64,000 nt of DNA from Octopus sinensis. Its lineage: Eukaryota. Both the position numbers and the translations under genes were made by a program. How positions within the stretch are numbered: position 1 is the stretch's first letter; the number at the start of each line of letters is the position of its first letter. The stretch lies in contig NC_042999.1 of NCBI RefSeq assembly GCF_006345805.1, positions 115,568,001-115,632,000 of the forward strand, written 5' to 3'. Below are positions 25,101 through 39,399 of this stretch, in pieces. The notes beneath the pieces are model-generated. The model searched no databases. It worked only from the letters and a program-made list of their open reading frames with translations, and was not told where the DNA came from.

Positions 25101-26017
25101 TATAAGTGCGTGCGTGTGCATATCAATGTGTTTTTCAAGTATGTCATTGTTGGATAAGCCTCCTAGAGGATAATATATAACATCACACACACACACACAC
25201 AGTGTTATACATGTAGCCCCTGGAAGGCTTATCTGACAATCATATAATTGAAAATAAAAGAGGAAATTAACTATGAATAAAAATAACAGCATTTAGATAT
25301 TTCACTTTTCACCTGAATATAAGCTTTGAGGTAAGTTTTGTAAAACAGAATGTGTTTGTATTTAGCATAGCTGGCAATCAATATCTTGATAAGAGGAATG
25401 TGTGGTAAGGACAATTTCAGAATGTTCTATATCCATATAACCTCTATAATTGGTTATATAACTTGGAAACATTAATATGCAGAAAAAAATCGATAAAGAA
25501 ACGTCAGCATTACTAGGTATGTATATCTGTGGATTTGTGAGTGAGCGTTCGTTTGTACAAGCGAGAGTATACACAGAGAAACAAACACACTCGTGTATAG
25601 TAAAGAGAAGTACATATGGCCATACCTTGCTAGTTCGTCTAAACGAGGGATTAATTCATTGAGAGTGCTCTATATCTGATCTCAAAATAATTGCGACTAC
25701 GACCAATGTCTATGTGAAATAAATGGAAAGCTTGAATCTTGAACACACCCATATAAAGAAAATATGTGTATACTTAGCTTATAATGACCAGTCGCCTCTC
25801 TCTCTCTCTCTTACACACATGTGTAGATAGGAACTTGTATTTAATACACGACTAAAATGTAGATTTATCTTTCAGGCAAGGAAAGTTTTTTTCATATTTT
25901 CATATGCGTTAAATGCAGTTTGTTTCAAATAATAAATTTCCCAAATCAACGTTCCTTATCTTCGTAGTCTCATCTTCAGAATGATGTAACGTTTGTGGTT
26001 TTTGTCATCCTTTTATA

Positions 26018-27307
26018 TCAGGTAATCCCATACGTTTTGTCCGAACTTTGAATAAAGAAAACAAGTGATCAAATGCTATATTTAATTGAAATTTAATCAT
26101 CAATGTACTTTCCCTGATTATCTATGACTTCCTTCAATCTATTTCCAAGATTTTTAATCCCATTAATGTAAAACTCTTGGTTTCAAAGCGAAGAACTCTA
26201 AAATGTCAGTTTCGACCTCCTCCTGGCTTGCAAAAGTTATGTCCTCCAAATGATTCTGTAAACTACGAAACATATGGTAGCCTGAAGGAGCAAGGTCGAG
26301 AGAATAAGGTGGATGAGGAATTTTTTCCCAACCAAGCTCTTCGATCTTCTGTGATGTGATCTTTGCAATGTGGGGTCGCGCATTGTCCTGATGAAACATT
26401 ACTCCTTTTCGATTCGCTAAAGCTGATCTTCTTTTTCTTCTTCAAATCTTGGTTCAAATGCTCTAATTGCTGACAGTAGACTTGAGCATTGATTGTTGCA
26501 TTAGGTGGTAACAATTCAAAGTGAATTACTCCTTTGCAATCCCATCAGATAGAGAGAAGAACCTTTTTTCCATGAAGTTCCCTTCGTGGTTGTGGTTCAG
26601 CTTTTCCCCTTTTACCAAGCCACTGTTTACGACGTTTAACATTTCGATAGAAAATCCATTTTTCGTCACCAGTCACAAGTCTATCCAAAAAAGGTGAAAT
26701 GAGTTGGTGAGAATGGAGAAAAGAGCAGATGTCAACTCGGGATTTGCGGTTGCTTTCGGACAATTCATGAGGCACCCGTTTTTCAAGTTTAGGAACATTT
26801 CCAAGTCGTTGAAGATGACGATGAACAGTTGTATGGTTTTAACTAAGCTTTATTGTCAATTCTTCAACTGATAATACAGGATTTTCTTCAAGTAATGCCT
26901 CAAAGAGCTTATCATCAAACTCAACTGGACGTCCTGTTCGATCTTCATCTTCAAGACTGAAATCCCCACTTCTGAATTTTACAAACCATCCTCTGCAAGT
27001 TCTTTCATTCAAGTATTCTTTCCCACAAACTGAGTGTATGCTTTGAGTTGCTTCGGCCGCAGAGTTTCCTTTTTTGTACTCATAAAGCATTATGTGCCTT
27101 AAATGCTCTTTAGATATTTCCATGTTAGAAAGGATTTTAATCAAAGAAATTTTAATTCTATTATTCTATAAAATAATATTTAATTAGTTTAAATGTACAC
27201 AAATGCATAAAAATAATTTTTAATTCCATTAGACATTCCAAAATACTATTAAATTTCATTCAATTTTAAAAAAGGTAAAATCGGACAGAACTTATGGGAT
27301 GACCTGA
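26018..27307 (-). mobile_element. Full-length mariner (D,D34D family) transposon, inactivated
   Basis: TIRs tcaggtaatcccatacgttttgtccga / tcggacagaacttatgggatgacctga with TA TSD. MEISKEHLRHIMLYE, VTGDEKW, FHQDNARPH, YSLDLAPSGY (third Asp lost); frameshifts. Confidence 0.92.
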
Positions 27308-27564
27308 TAGTATGTAAAGCCAATGTAATTTTCACAATCATACGCGCATACATTTTTATGGTAAATTTAATCAATACTTTATAGCTAGGTTCTGAAGAAT
27401 TTCCATTAAATATGCCACGATAATCACCATTATTCTCCTGTATGCGAAGAACTGAGTGAGGGTGTGTTTGTATTTATTCGCATTCCACAGTATAGCTATT
27501 AGAAACTGGAGGCTGACTATATTAAATATATCTCAGATTTTCTTATAACTGCTGTTTGTACAAA

Positions 27565-27599
27565 ACATCTATCAATATATATATATATATTATATATAT

Positions 27600-27644
<45 letters not shown>

Positions 27645-27680
27645 GTGTGTATGTGTGTGTATGTGTATGTGTATATGTGC

Positions 27681-27727
<47 letters not shown>

Positions 27728-27780
27728 GATATATACATATATATATAAATATATACATAATATATAAATATATACACATA
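27565..27780. repeat. (TA)n/(GT)n compound microsatellite
   Basis: Directly visible. Confidence 0.9.
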
Positions 27781-28167
27781 TCCCATATTTACAAAATGAA
27801 ATCAGTATTGTTGCATAACTTTAGTTTTTAGCCTGATTGCTATCATACTCTGTGATAAACGTTCCAAACAATTGATTGGTGTATTTTGTCAGATTTACAG
27901 TTTGTGTGAAACGTCCTGTGGAGTTAACCTACACAGATTCCCATGTTCCTCACTTCCTAGCGGTGGTGACGAGATTACAGTTGTCGATATCATCTGTGAT
28001 ATTTCACGTCTACACGAGATATTTTCATAGAACGGCTACTGTAGCTTATGAAGTTTAAACAATACAGCCAAGTGAAGTTGCATGTGTAAATTAATATTCA
28101 TTACAAAAACTGCAGCCGTTGCTAATAGGTTTATGTGTGTGTGATGAATATGTCTTTTAACATTATC

Positions 28168-28503
28168 TTTTACTTGTTTCAGTCATTGGACTGCGGCCAT
28201 GTTTGGGCAGCGAAAGAATCGCCCCCGATAGAATAAGTCACGTGTTAATTTATCGGTCTCTTAGGCCGAGCGGCTACAGTACAAGGGAATAAACAAATAC
28301 CGGTGGTAGGCGATACTCACAGATAGATTTATATATACATATGTATTTTCGGCGTGTTTCTTTTAGTTTGCGACTATCAAGACGTTGGTCAACCCGAGGC
28401 AATTGTAGAAGACACATGCCCAAGATGCTACGCAGTGCGACTGAACCCAGAACCATGTGGTTGAGAAGCAAACGTTTTACTACTCAACCACGCCTGCGCC
28501 TAT
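28168..28503 (-). mobile_element. SINE family A
   Basis: ttgtttcagtcattggactgcggccatg tail rc; gactgaacccagaaccatgtggttg head rc. Confidence 0.8.
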
Positions 28504-30110
28504 GAGTCACACCTGCGCATATGAGCCACATCTGGACCTCTGTGTGTATGTACGAAAGGTTTCTGCTCATGTTTCGTTTGCAAAATTTCCCTCATAAGGC
28601 AGTGGTTAATTCGAAACTGTTCTAGAAGACATTTGCTAAAGATACTCGCAGCGGTATTGAATCCGGAATGTTATGGCTGCAGAGTGAACTTCGTAACCGC
28701 AAAGCCATGCCCAGTTTCTAAATAAGTCTGAATAATTAATAGCCATTTTATCGTACTTGTATATAAAGATATACATATTTGCAATTATACACACCATCCT
28801 TACTTCTCATTTTAAATTCAACACCAAAAATACTTAATCAAAACACACATGCATGCAGAATTGAGTCCTGTAACACAGACAAACATATGCTGACAAATAT
28901 AGTACTGTCATCGATTCGTTCTTGATATTCATACGTATTTATTTTGCGAAATTGTATAACCAGTTACAGGGGTTATATGAATAAATTGCATTTTTTAACA
29001 ACTCATATCGTACACTCCGTGACATCAAGATATTGATTATTAACTTTCCAAAAAAAAAAAAAAAAAAGATAGTCTCTGTTTTTTAAAAACCGACCTTTAA
29101 GCATATATTCAAGTAACAGAACTACCTAAATAGCGCTACTTTTATCAAGAGTTTGTTTTTCAAGTATGTGGTTGTCGGATATGCTTTTCAGTGGTTAATA
29201 TGTCTCATCTTAAATTTATATATATGTATGTATAATTTTATATACTTTGAATTATGAAGTTGCCAATAATTAAAGACATATTTATAAGAATTTAGTTCAA
29301 ATGTATAAAGTAATTGTATAAAGCATGTTCCTATATTTTTAACTAGATAAAATTCACTACTATAGCAACTATCGTTGCCTAATTCTGTAGACATCACATG
29401 GTTTTTAAATATCTTAAAATTGTTATCTGACATGCTAAATGATGAAATTATTAGCAATGTAAGTATGAAACTTTCAGAATCGTCTATTTGCAAAGAAATA
29501 GAAAATTATATTTTGTGCTTTTAACACGTGACAAACAAATGGAAGTTTCCGATTTATGCCTGCCTAAAACTGCTTTATTGATCGAAAGTAAAGAATAAAA
29601 CAGAACATTCACCAAACTACTGATACTAGTTTAAGGTTGTTAATAAAATGTAAATCCGATATATTGAGACAGAAAACATAAATTCCAATGGACATACACA
29701 GACACAAACACACACACATGTATGTATATCGTTTTGAAAGAATGAAACATTTGTTATTCTGTGGTGCAAATTTCAAGGAGGGAGCTTAATGCAAGTTACT
29801 GTTTATGTGTAGTATGTACACTCTAAAAATGGAAGTTAAAACATAAGCTTAGCAAATGTCCTAATTTCGTTAATTATTTCTCTAAATGAACATTGAATTA
29901 AATTACATAATATGATGAGAACCAACTTAATGTATAAAACATCTTATCAGACTGATGGGTAGTTCTTGTTTCTTAGAATAGGTAACACGTTCTTTTTTTT
30001 ACTTCACCGCAGTACTTTGACATAATTTCGTATACTTTTTCGCTTCCTTGGATCCAATAATGCAAAGATCAAATGAACCCATTCTGAGTAAATTTTGTAT
30101 ATTCTTTTAT

Positions 30111-30520
30111 TCTTTTCCTTGTTTCAGTCATTATACTGCAGCCATGCTGGAGCATCGCCTTAAAGAGTGTTAGTTGAAGAAATCCTCCCCAGGACTTATT
30201 CTTTGTTAATATAGTACTTATTCTAACGGTCTCTTTTGCCGAACCGCCAAGTTACAGGAATATAAACACACCAGCGTCGGTTGTCAAGCGATGGTGGGGA
30301 AACAAACACACACTCACATATATATATATACATACATACATACTATATAATACTATATATATATACACACGACGGGCTTCTTCAGTTTCCGTCTACCAAA
30401 TCCACTCACAAGGCTTTGGTCGACCCGAGGCTATAGTAGAAGACACTTGCCCGAGGACTGAACCCAGAACCATGTGGTTGGAAAGCAAGCTTATTATCAC
30501 ACTGCCACGCCTACGCCTAT
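30111..30520 (-). mobile_element. SINE family A
   Basis: ttgtttcagtcat...cacaaggctttggtcgacccgaggctatagtagaagacacttgccc...aaccatgtggttgg. Confidence 0.85.
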
Positions 30521-31525
30521 AAGGAAAATCTTTACATATCTTCTTTTTGAAAGTTGCTTCCTGAATTCCCGTCATAGGATTTGTACGTATGGGAAGACCT
30601 CTGTAATAGTAAGCAAAGCAAATCAAAACTCCCTACATTCTATTGACAATAAAAGTTGCAATGGTTTAAAATCTAGCCATCTTGTAACAGCTTACAACTG
30701 GAATAAATTATTTTTTAATGAAGAAAACAATAAAAGTAATATTGTGAAATATTGATCTTTAGTTTTGGCGTAAGACCAACAATTTTAAAGAAGTAACGCG
30801 AAAATTCTCCAGTCTAAACAAATGTCGAGCAATATTTTCCTAAGAGAGAATTTATTTTATATGACAAAACATTGCAAAGGAGTCATTTATTTAAAAGACG
30901 ATTAAATCTGCATTTAGTTTTCATAATTAATATCATAGATCTTCTGACGCACCAGAAAAAAAAAAATTGGAAGAGAGTATAGTGTTTTGAATGGACATGT
31001 TCCTATTAGTGATGTGTATGTTCTTAGTTAATTGACTTTAATATAATTTGAATACCCAATGTTATGTGGTTTTCGAAGATAAAAAGATACATAACCTTGT
31101 GTAATTCTGCTGGAATCATTTGAGATTACAATGGGTGATATTTTTATAAAGTGCCGGTGGCTAAAGGAAAGAAGCAATTTATTGACCGTGGAGTTATAAA
31201 GTGCTGCAAAAACAAGGGCTAACTATGTGGTATATTGGAGTATCGACGTTGTATAGGTGAAATGATGTAGAACGATGAGAACATTCAAGAATGTCTGTTG
31301 TAGGCTGCAGTCCGTCAGAAATTTCATAAAAAAGCAAAGATCATTGTTCTACCAGCGAGGATAGGGAAATTATTATACTAGAGAGAAAATAAACTGGCAG
31401 TCTGCTGGAGTTGAAAGAGAATATGAGCAGAAGAAACATTAATTCGATCTTTGAAGTAAAATATAACGAAATATTTGTTTTGCAAAAGGTCAGAAACTGT
31501 TCCAGTCTAAATAATGCACTCTTAC

Positions 31526-31556
31526 CCATTCTGCTATTTCAGAAGAGATATTAAAC
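31526..31556 (-). other. Candidate 31-nt exon of an unidentified host transcript (FNISSEIAEW)
   Basis: Strong acceptor ttttctttctattttatttcag and donor TGG|gtaaga, with one open frame. No homology recognised. Confidence 0.3.
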
Positions 31557-32984
31557 CTGAAATAAAATAGAAAGAAAATGAATGAAATCAAACTGAAATA
31601 TTACATTAAACACTGTGCTAAGTATTTGAATGTATTTTGTATCGTTAATTATTAATATAGCCACGAATACTGGGAAGAAATTATGTTGCTGCGTATGTGA
31701 ACTAAAATTTATATTATTTTTCTCTTATTGATTTAATTTCTGGTAGAATCCACAACTTATCCAGCATATATACGACTGACTCGATGGGAAATGAAAATTT
31801 TAAAAAACGAAAAACGATTATTTTGTTTAGTAATGATTAATAAAAAAGGTTCAGCTTCCTCGCTCAGTTTCTGGGATATCAATGCAGATACTCAAGTATT
31901 CATTCAAGCAAACAACAAGTTCGAAATAAAACAACAAAATCTAATTTCTTGCCGGTTGCATATGTCAGAAGAAAAGAAATATTGTTGTAGCAGTTTTAAA
32001 AATATAGCCATTATAACGAAAGTTTGTGGAAGTGCACTTGATATTATTGATCCTTGTATCTTCAATTATATCAGCACTGATGGAATAAAAACTCTGGCAA
32101 TATTTGAACTTAAATATAAATGATCCCAAACGAAATACTATAAAACATCTCACTCCAAACGTAATTCAACTAAATGTTCTCCGTTTCAAATACGAGCAGA
32201 GCTTAACGTAAATCTGTGTCAAGCTGTTTCACTCTCCATGCTTTAGCTTCGTTACTATAGCAACAATCCGGATACTTATTGATCAGACCACATATTACTT
32301 CTTAATTTGGAACAGTAACTTAATAAAATTACTCACGAAATAAACAGTATTCTTGCTTTTTCCAAAATTAACCTGCATTTAGCCTTAGTGAGCGCGTGGA
32401 AATTAAAAGAGAGATTACCGAAGAATTCAAGAGAGGATTACAGATAATATTTTTATCAAGCACGAGTTGTGCGAGTTGTCCAAATGGAATGTTCTGATGA
32501 AGAATTAGAAAAAAAGTCAGTCTCATTTTCTGATAATTAGCAATGATCTTATTTTGATGATATTAACTTTGAAAGATATGGAACTGACTCACCAAATTAA
32601 CTATCACCATTTCTTTCTTGTTATACAAGTATAATTTAAATGAGTTGAGATGATGCCTTCTAGTATCTCAAAATTTAATATACAATTATTCATAATTGTA
32701 GTGTCCTACGCTGATGAGAAAAGAAGTTGGGTAAGGTAGAATTATCTAATTCTTATGCTTTCCTAAAACTTGATTTCGAAACGTACGTCCGTAGGTGACT
32801 TAAAATTGTATGATAGATTGCCGTCATTTCATTCTCTCTTACCTGTCTGTGTTTGCTTTTCAAGTGCTGTGATTTTACTGAGATCTCCCTTTTAGTAGAA
32901 AGAATAGCTATAACTCTTTGACTGCTATTTCTAAATTCGGTGTGTCGTGAGGCAATTCGTTGCTAAACCCTTAATTGCTTAGTA

Positions 32985-33635
<651 letters not shown>

Positions 33636-33805
33636 CGAGGGGTATCCGAAAGAAACCGGAATTTTGAAAAATCATTTTTTTATTCACTTAGTTTTCCATG
33701 TTCACGTTTTTATCACCTTCAAAATATTCTCCATTTGAATCAATGCATCAGTCTAGACGCATTTTCCACTCTTCGAAGCAGTCCTGGAATTATTGCGATG
33801 ATGCC
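33636..33805 (-). mobile_element. mariner 3' end fragment
   Basis: TA|cgaggggtatccgaaagaaaccgg TIR; the rc encodes FQDCFEEWKMRLD*CIDSNGEYFEGDK, a mariner C-terminus. Confidence 0.75.
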
Positions 33806-34004
33806 AGTAAGCAGACTGATACCTGAGGGTTGCATCAAGTAGCCTCTAGTGGCGGAAGTCTGAACTACAACGGACTTGTCCTACAGAACACGTTTCTGGT
33901 TACTTCCCCGTTCATGTAAGTAATACAGATATTTAGTTGTCTTGGGAGGGTCATCTCGCCAATAATAATAACACACGCTCTGCTTCAATTCCACTTCTTT
34001 ATTA

Positions 34005-34390
34005 TAAATAATTTGTTTAAATATCTAAGCAGCTAACTAATCAATCATTTGCTGAATATGTTGGTTAAACATTCAATCGGTTATTTTTTTTTTGTTTTTT
34101 TTTTTACTCAATTTCTTTCGCTGCTGTTCGCAAACTTTTCAGTTACTCGTGACTCCCTACTTGCTCCAAAGTCTGCTTTCGTCTCGAAAGTAGACCTTAG
34201 CAGACCTTGTTGCGAGTAGGAAGTCACTTGTCCCAGTAAAGATTACGAACTGCAATGAAAGAACCTTGACAGACAAGGTTGCGAACAATAACGAAAGAAC
34301 TTTGGCAAACAATCAATTGATTGTTTAACTAATGCGTTAAAGAAACGATCGATTTGTTAGTTGGGTAGCTATTTAACAAGTTGACTAATA
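34005..34390. mobile_element. ~390-bp foldback/MITE-like hairpin
   Basis: 34149-34177 gtgactccctacttgctccaaagtctgct pairs with 34199-34227. Outer blocks ttctttcgctgctgttcgc and ttggttaaacattcaatc also pair. Confidence 0.75.
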
Positions 34391-35009
34391 ATTAGTTATT
34401 AATTACAAATAGATCAGGTTTGCCTGGAAAATGTATTTCAGTCTTTTAAATATAGAATAACTGGAGTCCATAAATCTTTCGTCTATCGCGAGATCACTTG
34501 AAATCATGGGTTTAATTCCCGACTTTTATTTACATTATACAACGTGAGGCCAGATATCTTACGATTTTTTTGTTTCTGATCTTTGCGTCCCGAGTTCTAA
34601 TTTCACCATAGCCTACATGAGTGGCAGACTTAACCTGTTGCCCGGTTTAACATCCTCAGCAGGCCGCTTGGGCATTTTGAGTGGAGTCCAACCTGTTACT
34701 AGCTTTCGGGCTAGATTTCCGATTTGAGCATAGCTTTCTCTCACCATTCTTGCATACCCTGTAACGGGTCATGTACACTGCTTTCCTTCTTCAGTAAAAG
34801 ATAAACAATATATAGCTGCCATTAAGAGTGTGATCTGTTACTGAAAGCATGAAGTGTTACAACCGTTCAATTCTTAATCCTAACATGAATAACTATTATA
34901 ATTTTAAAAATCATAATAGTTATCCATACTCGGTTTGGGAATTATATTTTACTTTTTATAGTAGTATATCAGTGTAAGTCACAACTTTAAACTAATTGAT
35001 ATTCTCATA

Positions 35010-35222
35010 GAAACTGTGCAATCCATTAAATCTTCTCGCTAAAAAAAAAGAAACAAAACAAATTCTGATATTTCCACTTCCCCTTCGGTTCCTTAATTCT
35101 ACGAAATTATTTGCTTCTCAAAGAAACTCTGCAATCCTGTAAATCTTCTCACTAAAAAGAAAAAAAAATCTGATGTTTCCACTTCCTCTTCGGTTCCTTA
35201 ATTCTACGAAATTATTTGCTTC
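35010..35222. repeat. Tandem duplication, ~113-bp unit x2
   Basis: tttccacttcc(c/t)cttcggttccttaattctacgaaattatttgcttc occurs twice. Confidence 0.85.
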
Positions 35223-35744
35223 CGGTAGAGCAGACGAGAGAAGTAGTATGTATATCTATTTTTAGATTGCATTTCCTCCTCCCCACATTCCTTAGCAAGT
35301 AAGTGTCTCGGCGAATATAATAATAACGTGAACTAAAATAGATACCACCTTATCAGTAACGATAACGTATTGCTAAGGGGTGCCAAAGGTAAAGTGTGAG
35401 TTTGGATTTTAGTTGAACAAGATGCAGATAATGTAGATAAGTTCATGACACTGTGACCTTAAAAACAAATTGCACTAAATGAACTTTCGAAAGAACTTTG
35501 TATACAGTTTAAATAACTAAGACTTGCGAGTGCTGGCGCATCATAATTTCATACCTTAACCTTTATTTGTCCAGAAGTACTTCGACGTGACACTGATTCA
35601 GTGATATCCCAGCAAATTAGATGTTTCGCAGTATTGCACTTTAACAAGCAGCAATTAAAGTCATGATAGAATTTATCTAGTCTTTCATTCTTCTAGCAAT
35701 TATTCTAAGTCCATATCGTACGTATCAATGATTATTATTATTAG

Positions 35745-35970
35745 TTTTCTGAAGGCGGTAGAAACGTTAGCACGCCGGGCAAAATGCTTAGCAGCATTTC
35801 TTATATCTTTACGTTCCGAGTTCAAATTCCGCTGAGTTCGACTTTTCCTTTCATTCTTTCGAGGTCGATAAAGTAAGTGTCAGTTTAGCCCTAGGGTCAT
35901 TGTAATCGACTAGCTCCTCCTCCAAATTTCAGGCTTTGTGCCTATTACAGTAAGGATTATTATTACTATT
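35745..35970 (+). mobile_element. SINE family B
   Basis: gaaggcggtagaaacgttagcacgccgggc...gagttcaaattccgc. Confidence 0.8.
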
Positions 35971-36199
35971 TTTTGCCTGTATCAAAGCTTTTTGTTGCTT
36001 ATTTATATCTCGAATCATTCAAACAACGAAAGATTGAGAAATTTGTTCGCTAGACTAGAAAAAGTTTTGAAAGACTGACAAAATAAGCACAATTCGTGGA
36101 AAATTTCTGCGAATACTTATGTTGTGGGTCCAAGTATTATTGATATATATGCATAAGAGTAGAAAGTTCCTAGATAGAGAACGATATAAATAGCAATTT

Positions 36200-36253
36200 C
36201 ATAGCATCTAGTGGCTTCATAGCATCTAATGGCCTCATAGCATCTAGTGGCAG
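36200..36253. repeat. 18-bp tandem repeat x3 (catagcatctagtggc..)
   Basis: Directly visible. Confidence 0.85.
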
Positions 36254-37535
36254 TAGAACTCTATGTAGCTTAATTTTATATCATTACTTTTACGCTCTTA
36301 ATTGATCTTAAAGTAGATATTTCTCTCTCAACGACTACCGTAACACTCATCTTCAAAATTTTCATGTAATGATTCTCAGTGAAAGATGGCGTATTTTTTA
36401 ATTGCTTCTTGTGTCCTGGATATTGCAGAGTATAATGTATATGTTCCAAATCTAAACCTTCTAAATCATAGTATGCAACATACATAACATTTTAACTAAA
36501 ATGAAATTAAAAATTATATATGTATGTTTTGGGATCTCAAATTTATCAAGTAATTTTTCCTATAAATTTACATTAAAAAGGCATTAACAATTAGACTCTA
36601 GTTATTTAGTTTTCGATAATTTCGAGATTTAACTGCACCAATACGTCAAAATGTCTTTTGCTAAATTTTTGTGGCGATCAATTTCAAATGATATCAGTTA
36701 TTGCTTGATGTTTTTCAGCTGTATTTGTTATTAAACCAAAGTTAATTGCCACCAAAACATTAGTGTTAGGTGTAGCTAATGATTTTAAATCGGTAAATTC
36801 ACGAGTCATTGGTGAAGAAAAGATAAGTCTGTCTAAACAGACTAATTGCAATAAATAAGTAAATAAAAAATATGAAGAATACAAAAATAATAATCTCACC
36901 AAATGTAAAGAAAACCGGAAATTAGTTTTTTGTGTTAGCAATACATTATAAGAATAATTACTATTACTAACATTAGATTTTTTAAATCACACAGATTGGA
37001 CCTCTCGGACAAAACAAAAAAGACAGCGCAGCTGCGCAAACAAGAATAGCTAGAAGCAGTGATATATAAGCGTAGGTAGGAGATAGAGAAAGAAAAGAAT
37101 TCCCAAGAATATTCCATAATGTTTTATCTCTTAAATTTATACATATTTTATATCTTTCAATTTTTTCTATTGCAGATGTATAAATCACCAATTTTCCTCA
37201 ATAAGAAGTAACTGTATCTTGATCAATGAGTTTCGTATTCGTAGATTCAATTTTGTTTCAACCAGAATCATACATACACCCATTATCAAATACATAGACA
37301 CCCGCATATATGCACAGACACCTCCATATATGTACATATGAACTAACACATTAACAGAATGGTAATGTTTATAGCAGACCCAACCACATAACAGTTACGA
37401 CGAACTCAAGAAATTAGGAAATAAACAGTAAATGTGAACACTTGGACGGTGCCCCAGCTATAAAGGCGGGTCCTGGCGTGGTCGCAGTTCAATGACTGAT
37501 ATAGGGAAAAGGCTAAAGAAGTAAAAGCATATGTA

Positions 37536-38615
37536 CGATGGGCGCTGAAAAGTTTCTTGGGTAAAAGAAAATACAGGGAGATCAGTTAATTATGATTGTA
37601 TTCAATACATTCCCCTTTCAGATTCACACACTTATTATAGCAGTCCTTCAGGTTTTCTAAACCCTGTTAAAAGAAATCGGAAGATTGGTTTTTCAACCAG
37701 GCCTCCGTAGCAACGGTCACTTCCGAATTGGAGTGAAATTTCGTTCTCTTGAGATGTTTCTTCAGTTGTGGAAAAAGGTGATAGTCGGAGGGGGGCAAGT
37801 GAGGAGAGCAAGGTAGGTGGTCTACCAATTCGAAGCCAAAGTCGCGTATTTACGTAGATTTTTATGTGCTGTGTGCACTGGTGCATTGTCCTGCAAAAAC
37901 AGGGCACCACGGCTAAGTTTTCCACGGTGTTTCTGCTTCAATGCTTCTCGCAGTCTGTCCAACAGGGAAATATAGCATTCTGCGTTGATGGTGCGACCCT
38001 TTGGCAGGTATTTTATAAGAAGTACTTCATCTTTGTCCCAGAACATTGAAGCTAGGATCTTTCCAGCTGACTTCTAGGCTCGAAGCGTCTTGGGACGCTG
38101 TGACGCCACTCCATTGATTGTTGTTTGGTCTAGAGATCATAATGATGAAGCCAAGTTTCATCCATGGTGACTAAACGAGCCATAAAATCAGCCTCACCTG
38201 CTGCAAACCGATCCAAAATTGCCTTTGATGTCGTCACTCTGATGCGCTTCTTATCTGCGTTCAGACATTTTGGCAGCCATTTAGCGGAAAGTTTTCTCAT
38301 GTCCTGAATGTTATGAATGATGAGGTCAGCTCTTTCACGGGAAATCCCTAGAGGCTCAGCTTTGACTTTAGCTGAAATCCAGCAGTCCTTGAGAATCATG
38401 ACTTGCACAGCGTCGGTTTTGTCTTCTGTGGTCACGGAAGTTGGCCATCCTAACCGGGGTTCAAATGACCAGTCCGAAACCTTGATACCCGTATTTTTAC
38501 TGTGGAGGAAAATGGGCAGCCTTCCTTCAAGAATTCCTTCATCTATCCATGGGTTTTCGACGCTTCTTTGCCTTGCAAAAAGAGGAACTTCATGGCCGCC
38601 CAAAATCTGCTGTAG
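37536..38615 (-). mobile_element. mariner transposon (third lineage), 5' TIR missing, frameshifted
   Basis: TA|cgatgggcgctgaaaagttt TIR; MRKLSAKWLPKCL, LVTMDETWLHHYD, MFWDKDEVLLIKYLPKG, FLQDNAPVH, PPSDYHLFP. Confidence 0.85.
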
Positions 38616-39110
38616 GAACTGCTATCATGCGTTAAATATGCAAAAAAGAAAAAAGAGAAAGATATATTGTATAACATCATGATATTTTGCATATCTTCTC
38701 CTAAATAGTTGTTCTATCTCCCTTGTAAAGGTAACAGCTCTACCTTTCGCGAACTTTTCGGCATCCTCTCGTATGTTGCTTTGGCCAAGCATATATTTGA
38801 AGCAAGAAACCATTAAAGGTATTGCATGCATATACTACGCATATTGAAATACATCTTTTCTCTGTTGTATTTCACTTTACTTCCCTACACTACACCACAT
38901 CTAAAGCGAAACATGGTTGCTCGATTAGCTTGAAATAGTGACCGTACATATTACTGAAGTCACACCGCCGCTCAGTCTTAAAAGGAGGACACATTGCATG
39001 AGGTATTACGTGGGACACCGTCCCAAAATAAAAGTGAAATCGTAGTTTGTTTAATCAGGGCTTGGAAGGAAACGACAAAAACAGCAACATTACACAAATA
39101 TATTTCATAC

Positions 39111-39300
<190 letters not shown>

Positions 39301-39399
39301 ATCATTCAAATAGTAATAGATAGATAAATAATAAAATGGAATAATATATACAACAGTCTCTGTGGGCGCAAAAGAAAGTGTATACTCCCTCAGACCCAC

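Noticed and set aside
29188-29493. 101-aa minus-strand ORF, and the 110-aa plus-strand ORF at 31791-32123
   Set aside because: No recognisable motif. ORFs of this length are expected occasionally by chance in 64 kb, and the splice support is weak.
36982-37191. ORF with a hydrophobic C-terminus (TM- or GPI-like)
   Set aside because: The hydrophobicity reflects T-rich low complexity; no good acceptor site.
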